Shown in pieces: positions 28,754 to 36,717 of a stretch of 41,136 nucleotides of DNA; positions within the stretch are counted from its first letter, which is position 1, and every line of letters starts with the position of its first letter. Position numbers and translations under genes: made by a program. The notes under the pieces are model-generated. The model searched no databases. It was not told the DNA's origin and saw nothing but the letters and a program-made list of their open reading frames with translations. This DNA comes from an uncultured Clostridia bacterium (GTDB lineage Bacteria; Acidobacteriota; Aminicenantia; UBA2199), in the NCBI GenBank assembly GCA_964583345.1, contig CAZOWT010000003.1:1-41136 (forward strand). The letters are read 5' to 3'.

Positions 28754-29449
28754 ATGGCCAAACATATCGGAATTGTCGCCTGCAGTGCCGAGGGGGCTGC
28801 GCTCTGTTACCGCACCATTTGCTCGGAAGCTCCGGCTCTAATGGGCGAACACAGGCATCCGGAGATTTCCATGCATACCCACCCTCTCTCCGAATACATG
28901 GTACATATCCGGGCCGGCAACTGGAAGGGGGTGGCAGATCTGATGATTTCTTCGGCAGAGAAACTGGCCGGCATGGGAGCTGATTTTGCCATTTGCCCGG
29001 ACAACACCATTCATCAGGCCTTTGAGCTGGTAACAGCTGAATCCACGATTCCCTGGTTGCATATCGCCCATGCCGTGGCCAGGGAGGCCCGCACCCGGGG
29101 ATTTAAAAACCTGGCCATTACCGGCACAACCTACCTGATGACCGGTCCGGTGTATCCGGATGTACTGGATAATTACGGTATTGGCTGGCAAATACCGGAG
29201 AAAGATGACCGGGAAAAGATTGATACGATTATTTTCAAAGAATTGGTAAACGGGATATTTGCAGAAAAATCAAGGTTGTTTTTCAATTCAGTCATTCAGG
29301 AGCTTAAGAGCCGGGGGTGCGATGCCGTGGTGCTGGGATGTACCGAGATCCCTCTGCTGGTTGATCCTGCCGACTGTCCACTGCCCGCGCTGGATTCCAC
29401 TCGCCTGCTGGCCAGGCTGGCCTTGGAAGAAGCGATTGGGGATGGCTGA
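28754..29449 (+). CDS. Aspartate/glutamate racemase family protein
   Basis: 231 aa. It has IGIVACSAEGAALCY at the N-terminus and VVLGCTEIPLL, the two conserved Cys-containing motifs of the Asp/Glu/hydantoin racemase family. A GAGGTG RBS precedes it. Confidence 0.75.
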   Translation: MAKHIGIVACSAEGAALCYRTICSEAPALMGEHRHPEISMHTHPLSEYMVHIRAGNWKGVADLMISSAEKLAGMGADFAICPDNTIHQAFELVTAESTIPWLHIAHAVAREARTRGFKNLAITGTTYLMTGPVYPDVLDNYGIGWQIPEKDDREKIDTIIFKELVNGIFAEKSRLFFNSVIQELKSRGCDAVVLGCTEIPLLVDPADCPLPALDSTRLLARLALEEAIGDG

Positions 29450-29589
29450 GCCTGTATTTTCCAAATCCAAAAAGGAGGAGGTTGCCAGAGGAAAGTTAAA
29501 TTTCTCCATTTTTTCATATATTTTTTGAATTGGTTATAAATAAAACAGAAGAGCGGCAATAAAAATGTCAAAATGGTAAGTCCTGTCCC

Positions 29590-30435
29590 TTAGTTTTTCT
29601 TTTTCAGGCGGGCAATTACATCCTCGATCAAATACCGGGGGGTGGAAGCGCCTGAAGCGATAAAAATACGGCTGTCCGGGGGTAATTCGATTTCATCCAC
29701 CTGTTCCGGCCGGTCAATCAGGTAAACACGGGACTTCCCGGACTGGGCCAGTTGATAGAGGTGGCGGGTATTGGCGCTGGTCTTTGAACCGATAATCAGT
29801 ATATATTCGAAAACCTGGCTGATTTGTTGAATTTCATCCTGCCGGTCAGTGGTGGGTTGACAGATGGTGTTGACAAATTTAACCTCCGGTACCAATTGCT
29901 TTAACCGGTCCAGAACCTTCAGGGTATTTTGGAGGATGAAGGTGGACTGGACCACCACCCCGATTTTTCGGATCCCCTCAAAGTGTTTTGCCGAAATCGC
30001 CTCTTTTGAATCCACCACCAGGGAACGCGAAACCTGGCCCTGGATTCCCCGCACCTCGTCATGGCCCCTTTTGCCGATAATGACCGGGAAGTATCCATCC
30101 GCCTCCAGCTCTCTGATCCGCCGGTGGATAACCTTGACCATGGGGCAGGTGGCGTCGATGCAGGGAATTTTTCTTTTTTCCAGAGCCGCCAGGATCTGCC
30201 GGGGCGCCCCGTGGCTCTGGATGATGACCGTCCCCCGGTTTTTGATTTCATTGACATCGGAAATAAATGTCAGCCCCCGGTTTTTCAGGTCTCTGATAAC
30301 ATGTTCGTTGTGGACGATTTCTCCCAGCATGTAAAAATTGTGCTCGGGTGATTGTTCCAGCAGCTTGTCAACCAACTGCAGGGTCCGCCGGACTCCCAGG
30401 CAATAACTCAAATGTTCTGATAAAATAATGTCCAT
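29590..30435 (-). CDS. ispH: 4-hydroxy-3-methylbut-2-enyl diphosphate reductase
   Basis: 281 aa with GEIVHNEHV, DATCPMVKVIH and NTICQPT. These carry the three cluster-ligating Cys of IspH/LytB. Confidence 0.9.
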   Translation of the reverse strand: MDIILSEHLSYCLGVRRTLQLVDKLLEQSPEHNFYMLGEIVHNEHVIRDLKNRGLTFISDVNEIKNRGTVIIQSHGAPRQILAALEKRKIPCIDATCPMVKVIHRRIRELEADGYFPVIIGKRGHDEVRGIQGQVSRSLVVDSKEAISAKHFEGIRKIGVVVQSTFILQNTLKVLDRLKQLVPEVKFVNTICQPTTDRQDEIQQISQVFEYILIIGSKTSANTRHLYQLAQSGKSRVYLIDRPEQVDEIELPPDSRIFIASGASTPRYLIEDVIARLKKKN

Positions 30436-30670
30436 GGATATCCCTCATCACGGGGTGTGTTCCTGCCGATTGTCACCATTTTCCGGTCCGGAAAAACCGG
30501 GCTGAAACGAGGCAACAGGTCCGGCGGGTTCATCATGGTTCGACTGCTTTCCAGCATATCAGAAAAAAATCCATTTGACAAACACTCCGGCCTGGGAAAT
30601 CAGGAAAACCGTGTTGATATCGGTTCAATAGGACTGACACACCGGGTATGCAATCCGGGTTTCCCTGGAT

Positions 30671-30699
30671 TTGACTTTGACGAATGGTTCTCATACAAT
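30671..30699 (+). promoter_or_regulatory. Sigma-70-type promoter TTGACT-N17-TACAAT for the AmmeMemoRadiSam operon
   Basis: ttgact at 30671-30676, a 17-nt spacer, and tacaat at 30694-30699. An AGGAAG RBS follows, then the ATG at 30718. Confidence 0.5.
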
Positions 30700-30717
30700 G
30701 GAATCAGGAAGTGAAAC

Positions 30718-32244
30718 ATGAAGTTGAAAAACGGCGTGTTTTTTTTTCTGGTTTTTTTTTTCTTTCTTTCCCTGATGTCGGAAGAGAAGGTGCGTGAATA
30801 CCTGAAAACCGGGGATTGGTATCCCTCCGGGAAATCCGAGCTATCTGATTTAATGAATCAACTTTTTTCCCGGGCGGAAAAGGTCGATATCCCCGGCAAT
30901 ATCGTGGGAATTGTTTCCCCTCATGCCGGTTTTGCCTATTCCGGCCTCTGCGCGGCCATGGCCTACCGGCAGCTGGAAGGAAATCCTCAAATCAGCAGGG
31001 TAATCATCCTGGGAACTTCCCACCATGCCGGTTTTTACGGGGCCTGTGTCTCCGATTTCACCCATCTGGCCACTCCGCTGGGAAAACTGGAGGTGGACAG
31101 GCAGGTGGTAGACAAACTGGCAGCAGAGAGACTCTTCCGCCTGGACAACCGGGTGATGCTCTATGAGCATTCCATCGAAAACCAGCTGCCCTTTATCCAG
31201 ACGGTTTTTAAAAACCGGGATATCCGGGTGGTTCCCATCCTGTTCGGTCAGCTGGACCATAAAGATTATCCGGTCATGGCCAGGATCATCGGTAACTTTA
31301 TCGATTCCGCGACCCTGGTGGTGGCCAGCAGTGATCTCGACCATTACGGACAAAACTTCGGTTATACCCCGTTCAGCCGCAATATCAAAGCGAATCTCAC
31401 TCGGCTGGATACCGGGATGATCGAGAATATTTCCCGCCTGGATATTGATGGGTATTTCCGGTACAAGGAAAAGACGGGTATCACCATGTGCGGTTTTGTG
31501 CCGGTAGGCGTGCTGCTGTATTTATACCCGGCCCGGGGCCATGGGGCCAGGCTAACGGATTACAGGAAATCCGGCGACCGAAACCAGGATTATTCTCTCA
31601 GTGTGAGCTATGCGTCTCTGGTCATATGGCAAAAGAAACCGGGTCACGGCGGCGGCGGCAACCGGGCGGGAGAAATCGGCCGGGAATCCGGCCTCTCCGC
31701 AACCGAAAAAAAAGATCTCCTGTCCATGGCCCGGGATACGCTCCGCCTTTTTTTCCAGCAGGCGGATGCCCGGGCGGTAATAGAAAAAAAATATCGAATA
31801 TCGGACAATTTGAAAAAGGAACTCGGGGTTTTTGTGACCCTGAAAAAGAACCAACAGCTCCGGGGATGTATCGGTTCGCTTATCGGCCGGAAACCGCTCT
31901 ACCTGGAGGTCATGGATGAGGCCATCAACGCCGCGGTGCGGGATCCCCGGTTTATCCCGGTCAAACAAGAGGAACTGCCCGGACTGAAAATTGAAATATC
32001 AGTGATGACCCCGCTGCAAAAAATTACGGATTATAAACGGATTCGCCTGGGAATTGACGGTGTGATTATTAAAAGCGGCTATTCCCAGGCGGTGTATCTG
32101 CCCCAAGTTGCCACTGAAACCGGCTGGAATCTGGATGAGTTCCTGAGCCATCTGTGCGAGAAAGCCGGCCTGGCATCCCGGGCATATCGGTCCCCGGATA
32201 CCGAATTCTATGTGTTTCAGGCCCAGGTATTCGGGGAAGACTGA
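30718..32244 (+). CDS. Fusion of AmmeMemoRadiSam system protein B (MEMO1 family) and protein A (AMMECR1 domain), with an N-terminal signal or anchor
   Basis: 508 aa. The hydrophobic N-terminus is MKLKNGVFFFLVFFFFLSLMS. The Memo part carries IVSPHAGFAYSG...GTSHH...SSDLDHYG. A Gly-rich linker KKPGHGGGGNRAG follows. The AMMECR1 part carries GVFVTLKKNQQLRGCIGS...DPRF. Confidence 0.85.
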   Translation: MKLKNGVFFFLVFFFFLSLMSEEKVREYLKTGDWYPSGKSELSDLMNQLFSRAEKVDIPGNIVGIVSPHAGFAYSGLCAAMAYRQLEGNPQISRVIILGTSHHAGFYGACVSDFTHLATPLGKLEVDRQVVDKLAAERLFRLDNRVMLYEHSIENQLPFIQTVFKNRDIRVVPILFGQLDHKDYPVMARIIGNFIDSATLVVASSDLDHYGQNFGYTPFSRNIKANLTRLDTGMIENISRLDIDGYFRYKEKTGITMCGFVPVGVLLYLYPARGHGARLTDYRKSGDRNQDYSLSVSYASLVIWQKKPGHGGGGNRAGEIGRESGLSATEKKDLLSMARDTLRLFFQQADARAVIEKKYRISDNLKKELGVFVTLKKNQQLRGCIGSLIGRKPLYLEVMDEAINAAVRDPRFIPVKQEELPGLKIEISVMTPLQKITDYKRIRLGIDGVIIKSGYSQAVYLPQVATETGWNLDEFLSHLCEKAGLASRAYRSPDTEFYVFQAQVFGED

Positions 32245-32256
32245 TATGTTTAGGCC

Positions 32257-33243
32257 ATGACCATCGATAGAAGGAAATTCGGAAAAACACTCCTGGCCTG
32301 CGCGGCCGGTACGGGAACCGGCCTGTTTTTCCCCACTGTGATGCCCGGGGCCGATTCAGGAAAGAGCCAGGTTTTGATTGCCCGTTCCCAGGCGTTGATC
32401 CGGGACAATCACGGCCACCTGCGCCGGGAAAAGGTTTTTGCGGTCGTCAACCGCTTGCTGATGCGTCTGACCGGCAATCATGACCCGGCAGCGGCCTGGA
32501 AATCGCTGTTCTCTCCCGGAGAAAAGGTGGGTGTCAAACTCAGCTGCCTGCCCGGTAAGCGCCTATCCTCCAGCCCGGGCTTGGTGATGGCCATTGCCGA
32601 CGGCCTGAAATCCGCCGGGATCCGGGAGCAGGATATTTTTATCTGGGATCGGACCGACCGGGAACTGATCGAGGCCGGATTTGATATTTCCCACCGGGGG
32701 ATTAATGTGTTAGGGACCGATAATATTCGCGGGGGAGGATACTCGGACCGGGTGGAAATATCGGGGAGTGTGGGCACCTGTTTCAGCCGGATTCTGGAAG
32801 CCATGGATGCGCTGATCAGCGTTCCGGTGCTCAAGGATCATGATATTGCCGGGGTTTCCATCGGCATGAAAAACTTTTTTGGGGCCATTCACAATCCCAA
32901 TAAATTCCACCAGAATGCCTGCGATCCCTATGTGGCGGATCTCTGTCGCCACCCGTTCATCAAAAACAGACTGAGGCTGATAGTCTGCGATGCGTCCCGG
33001 GTTCAGGTTCATAACGGGCCGGCTTTTTTCCCCGGATATGCCTGGGAGTATGGCGGCATACTGGTCAGCGCCGATCCGGTAGCCCTGGATTATACCGGCT
33101 GGCAGATTATCGAGAAGAGAAGAAAGGAACTGGGGCTGAAATCACTGCGGGAATCCGGCAGGGAACCCGCCTACATATTTACGGCTGGAAAACTTGGTTT
33201 GGGCCGGGCCAACGAAAAAGCCATACGGGTGGTTGAAATATGA
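32257..33243 (+). CDS. DUF362-domain protein with a twin-arginine signal
   Basis: 328 aa. MTIDRRKFGKTLLACAAGTGTG has a Tat-type RRxFxK motif plus an h-region. The remainder (VGVKLSC...VLKDHDIAGVSIGMKNFFG) resembles DUF362, called from recalled family features. Confidence 0.65.
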   Translation: MTIDRRKFGKTLLACAAGTGTGLFFPTVMPGADSGKSQVLIARSQALIRDNHGHLRREKVFAVVNRLLMRLTGNHDPAAAWKSLFSPGEKVGVKLSCLPGKRLSSSPGLVMAIADGLKSAGIREQDIFIWDRTDRELIEAGFDISHRGINVLGTDNIRGGGYSDRVEISGSVGTCFSRILEAMDALISVPVLKDHDIAGVSIGMKNFFGAIHNPNKFHQNACDPYVADLCRHPFIKNRLRLIVCDASRVQVHNGPAFFPGYAWEYGGILVSADPVALDYTGWQIIEKRRKELGLKSLRESGREPAYIFTAGKLGLGRANEKAIRVVEI

Positions 33244-34394
33244 AAAAATCCGTTGAACAAAACCAGATTTCCCGCAGGAAGTTTGTCAAGCAGGGTGTTC
33301 TGGCCGGATTCTGCTGTCCGCTGCTGCTGGCAAATTCCCGGTTGTTCGCCTTTGATTCCGGCAATATCGATACCGGCATCCGGCCTGAAAATGCCCGGGA
33401 AGCCCGTTATTATGAGAAAATCGCGGATAAAAAGATTATTTGCCGGCTCTGCCCGCATGAATGCCGGATTGCCGACCGGGAGCGGGGCGCCTGCGGGGTG
33501 CGGGAAAATCGGGGCGGCACCTATACCACCCTGGTTTACGGCAATCCCTGTTCGGTCCACGTGGACCCGATTGAGAAAAAACCCATGTTTCACTATTACC
33601 CGGCTACCCAGGCTTTTTCCATTGCCACTGCCGGCTGCAATTTTGTCTGCCGGTTCTGTCAAAACTGGGAAATTTCCCAGAAACGGCCGGAACAGATCAA
33701 ATCCATTAACCTTTTCCCGGCCGAGGTGATCCGGTCGGCAAAAAACAATGCCTGCCGCACCGTGGCCCACACCTACACCGAACCGGTGATTTTTTTTGAA
33801 TACATGCTGGATTGCTCCATCCAGGGGAAAAAGATGGGAATTCCGAATGTGATGATCTCCAATGGCTATATCCAGGAAAAACCCATGCGGGAACTCTGCC
33901 GGTATCTGGGGGCGGTCAAGGTCGATTTGAAGGCGTTTACGGAAAAATTTTACCAGGAGCAGTGCAGCGGAACCCTGAAGCCGGTGCTCGATACCCTGCA
34001 GGTCCTTAAGGATGAGGGCATATGGTTTGAAATCGTGGTGTTGATTATTCCCACGCTCAACGACAGTAGGAAGGAGATCGATGACATGACCCGCTGGATT
34101 GTCAAAGAATTGGGGCCGGACGTTCCCGTGCATTTTTCCCGCTATTACCCGACTTTCATGCTCAAGAATATCCCTCCCACTCCCCCGAGCCTGCTGGAGA
34201 TGGCCCATAAAATTGCCCGCGACAATGGCGTGCACTATGCCTATGTCGGCAACATCCTCTCGGATGCGGCCAACACCTATTGCCACAGCTGCGGTAAATT
34301 GCTCATCGAGCGTTTGGGTTTTTCCACCGATATCGTGGGGATGAAGGGCAATACCTGCAAACATTGCGGCCAGAAAATTCCCGGGGTTTTTTAG
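33240..34394 (+). CDS. AmmeMemoRadiSam system radical SAM enzyme (PflA-like) with an N-terminal twin-arginine signal-like extension
   Basis: 384 aa. The N-terminus ISRRKFVKQGVLAGFCCPLLLANSRLFA is a near-consensus Tat signal. It is followed by CRLCPHEC...GACGVREN and the radical SAM motif CNFVCRFCQNW. It overlaps the DUF362 gene by 4 nt. Confidence 0.85.
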   Translation: MKKSVEQNQISRRKFVKQGVLAGFCCPLLLANSRLFAFDSGNIDTGIRPENAREARYYEKIADKKIICRLCPHECRIADRERGACGVRENRGGTYTTLVYGNPCSVHVDPIEKKPMFHYYPATQAFSIATAGCNFVCRFCQNWEISQKRPEQIKSINLFPAEVIRSAKNNACRTVAHTYTEPVIFFEYMLDCSIQGKKMGIPNVMISNGYIQEKPMRELCRYLGAVKVDLKAFTEKFYQEQCSGTLKPVLDTLQVLKDEGIWFEIVVLIIPTLNDSRKEIDDMTRWIVKELGPDVPVHFSRYYPTFMLKNIPPTPPSLLEMAHKIARDNGVHYAYVGNILSDAANTYCHSCGKLLIERLGFSTDIVGMKGNTCKHCGQKIPGVF

Positions 34395-34915
34395 AAAAAT
34401 CTGGTTAGTTGTTTCCGAACGAATGCCCGAATGGCACGGTAATATCGCCGGCCGTTGATATAAATCAGATAAACCTGAAAAAAGGTTTTCGTCCGAATCG
34501 GCTGATGGAAACGATCCGGCAAAAAAAACGCTTGTCCGTCCCGTTCGACCCGGGTGACCACCCCGATGATGTTTTTATCGGTTATGACGGCATCGACGAC
34601 TTGCTGCCGGTCTGCCCTGATGACAAATGAATTCTTTTTGATTTTGGCCACCCGGTGCAGTACCAGCCTGTTGTTTGCCGGATGCCGGAATGCCACCACT
34701 TCCCCCGGAGAGGGCATTATTCCCTTCAGGGGAGATATCGTAATAAAGTCATTGTTCCGAATGGCGGGAGTCATGCTGCTGCCGGTGGCCCGGAAGCGGA
34801 AAGATGCGCCTTTGTCATGAACTGCCCGCATGAGTTCCATCAGTATCCTGCCGGATATGGACAGGGACTTTTCTTTGCTTTCGGGATTATGCATTCCAGG
34901 TTTGCTTCCGGTCAC
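34391..34915 (-). CDS. S24/S26-family (signal peptidase I / LexA-like) serine peptidase; candidate leader peptidase of the RiPP-like operon
   Basis: 174 aa with the Ser motif ATGSSMTPAI, GEVVAF, and the Lys motif VLHRVAKIK. There is no N-terminal TM helix. It overlaps the upstream radical SAM gene by 4 nt. Confidence 0.7.
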   Translation of the reverse strand: MTGSKPGMHNPESKEKSLSISGRILMELMRAVHDKGASFRFRATGSSMTPAIRNNDFITISPLKGIMPSPGEVVAFRHPANNRLVLHRVAKIKKNSFVIRADRQQVVDAVITDKNIIGVVTRVERDGQAFFLPDRFHQPIRTKTFFQVYLIYINGRRYYRAIRAFVRKQLTRFF

Positions 34916-36105
34916 AGGTATGGTTTTACCTTTAAAGATATTCCAGTTTTTTTTACTCTTTCCTTCCAGTTTTTAACCGTCCAGGCATTTTCCCCGGTTT
35001 CCAGCAGTCCAAGTAGGCGCGCCTGGGCATGGGCCACCCGGCAGAGGTATTCCACCGGGGTATCCAGGGTGCCGTGTTCTGACCAGGATTTTGCCGGGCA
35101 CTGTTCGCAGAGGTTCTTTAAAAAACAGCGGGCGCAGCGTTTCAGATAATCCGGATTTTCAGCCGTGATATTTTTTATCCGGCATCGGTTTTCTTGCAGG
35201 GCTGTTTTCAAATCCTGATGTTTTAAATCAATGAGCAGGTCGGGATGTCGAAGCAGCAGGCAGGGTTGAAGCATACCGTAGGCGTCGATACTGACCGTAT
35301 GACCGGCCCCGCAATCCAGCAATTTTTTCCCGGAAGGACCCAGGAATCGAAGGCAGAATTGCCTCATATCACGGTCAAACAGCTCCCGGTCTCGAGCCAT
35401 GAATGCAACAGCTTTTTCCGGTTTCGGCCGGAGGCGTTCGATGGCCCGGTTTTTTCGGTTTGAGTCATGCCGGGCCCGCAGGTCATACAGATAGGAATAA
35501 GAGGGGGACCGGTCCATTCCGGGCAGGGAGCCGGCCCAGGATTCGAATGCTTTGATTTCGCCCTGGTTTTGCGGCAGAAGGGCACCCTTGACCACAAAAG
35601 GTATGTGGTGTTTTAACAATAGATCAATTCCCTTTCTGAATTGTTCGAATGAACCGGGAATACGTGTAACTGCCTCGACCGATTTTTTCCGCATGCCGTA
35701 AACCGTGACTTCGATCTTTTCGAGCGGAGGGATAGCTAAAAAAAGCTTTGCCAGCGATTTGGTGATCAGGGTGGCATTGGTAAACAACCGGACCCTCATT
35801 CCCAGTCGCCGGGCGAACCGGTACAATTCGGGAAAATCCGCTCTCAGCAGGGGCTCACCCCCGGTAAAACGGACCGTTAGGGCGCCCAAAGAGGCCGCCT
35901 GTTTCAGTATGGCTTTCCATTCGTCGGCGGTCAGTTCCCGGGAACGGGCTTCCGGATCATCCGGCGGACGGTTGATGTAACAATGGATGCAATTTTGGTT
36001 GCAGCGCTCGGTTAGTTCGATATCCAGGGAAGGCAGTTGCGGGTGGCCTTTTTTCCACAGAGAACGGTATCCGGGATCCCTTTTTGAGTATCCATCAGCG
36101 GCCAT
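34912..36105 (-). CDS. Radical SAM/SPASM-domain peptide maturase (paralogue 3 of 3)
   Basis: 397 aa with CNQNCIHC (CxxxCxxC), GGEPLLR, and the SPASM-type motifs CGAGHTVSIDAYGMLQPC and CARCFLKNLCEQCPA. Confidence 0.85.
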   Translation of the reverse strand: MAADGYSKRDPGYRSLWKKGHPQLPSLDIELTERCNQNCIHCYINRPPDDPEARSRELTADEWKAILKQAASLGALTVRFTGGEPLLRADFPELYRFARRLGMRVRLFTNATLITKSLAKLFLAIPPLEKIEVTVYGMRKKSVEAVTRIPGSFEQFRKGIDLLLKHHIPFVVKGALLPQNQGEIKAFESWAGSLPGMDRSPSYSYLYDLRARHDSNRKNRAIERLRPKPEKAVAFMARDRELFDRDMRQFCLRFLGPSGKKLLDCGAGHTVSIDAYGMLQPCLLLRHPDLLIDLKHQDLKTALQENRCRIKNITAENPDYLKRCARCFLKNLCEQCPAKSWSEHGTLDTPVEYLCRVAHAQARLLGLLETGENAWTVKNWKERVKKTGISLKVKPYL

Positions 36106-36406
36106 GAACCCGGGTTACCATTTTTCGCTTTACAAATTCGTTAATCAGACCCATCACATCTTTCTGAATTTCGGATAATGGTGAATCATATTCGGTTTCC
36201 AAAAACTGAATGATTTCCTCCACGGTTTTTTTTCCATCCAATTGTCCCCAGATGGCTTTACCGGTTTCGTTCAGGGTGAACAGATCTTCTTCCATATCCC
36301 CGATTCCGCTGACCAGAGGGATAAGGATCAATTCACCTTCGATCTCTCGGAACACAATTTCTTCTGAGGGTTCGAAAATATCTTTTATGTGAATGGTTGG
36401 TTTCAT
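36095..36406 (-). CDS. PqqD-family peptide chaperone (RiPP recognition element)
   Basis: 103 aa. VFREIEGELILIPL...LFTLNETGKAIWGQLDGKKTVEEIIQFLETEYD is the typical PqqD/RRE pattern. A GGAG RBS lies 7 nt upstream. Confidence 0.8.
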   Translation of the reverse strand: MKPTIHIKDIFEPSEEIVFREIEGELILIPLVSGIGDMEEDLFTLNETGKAIWGQLDGKKTVEEIIQFLETEYDSPLSEIQKDVMGLINEFVKRKMVTRVHGR

Positions 36407-36436
36407 ATTATTTCTCCATGGATCGAATATTCAATT

Positions 36437-36679
36437 TCAACTGGTTGTCCACTGGCGGCAAATCTGATAACTGTTGTTGATAAAACAGGTGCCGAAATAC
36501 CCATCCGGGCCCTGGCCCACCTGGCCGGTTTTGCAGAAAAGTAGCACCTGTTCCTCGGGCGTTTTATTGGCCAGGCTGATTAACAGCGGTTTCTCCCACC
36601 TTTTCTTTTTTATCATGCTATTTTTTATCATATTACAAAAAGGGTATTTTGTCAATAAATCCTGAAATATTGCTTTCAT
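36437..36679 (-). CDS. Candidate RiPP precursor peptide P1 (longest ORF 80 aa; the paralogue-supported start at ATG 36616 gives 59 aa)
   Basis: MIKKKRWEKPLLISLANKTPEEQVLLFCKTGQVGQGPDGYFGTCFINNSYQICRQWTTS aligns residue-for-residue with P2 and more loosely with P3. It lies directly upstream of the PqqD gene. Confidence 0.6.
   Translation of the reverse strand: MKAIFQDLLTKYPFCNMIKNSMIKKKRWEKPLLISLANKTPEEQVLLFCKTGQVGQGPDGYFGTCFINNSYQICRQWTTS
36627..36655 (-). promoter_or_regulatory. Internal sigma-70-type promoter TTGACA-N17-TATGAT in front of P1
   Basis: The minus strand reads atttaTTGACAaaataccctttttgtaaTATGATaaaaaatagcATGata. The -35 (36655-36650) is perfect, the spacer is 17 nt, and the -10 (36632-36627) matches 5 of 6. 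The ATG at 36616 is 10 nt after the -10. Confidence 0.5.
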
Positions 36680-36717
36680 TCATCTTCTTTTCCTTTTCGG
36701 GTCCTGAAAAATCCGGA

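Noticed and set aside
30457-30714. 85-aa ORF filling the ispH / Memo intergenic region
   Set aside because: It has no RBS and no recognisable motif, and it runs through the TTGACT-N17-TACAAT promoter of the downstream operon. I treat the region as a divergent regulatory spacer. I saw no convincing riboswitch-like structure, but I cannot fold RNA here.
33171-34364. 397-aa ORF on the minus strand spanning almost the whole AmmeMemoRadiSam radical SAM gene
   Set aside because: Its translation is low-complexity (rich in G/P/A/I/F) with no recognisable motif. The plus-strand frame carries CNFVCRFCQNW, CRLCPHEC and a Tat signal and is coupled to its neighbours. This is a shadow ORF.
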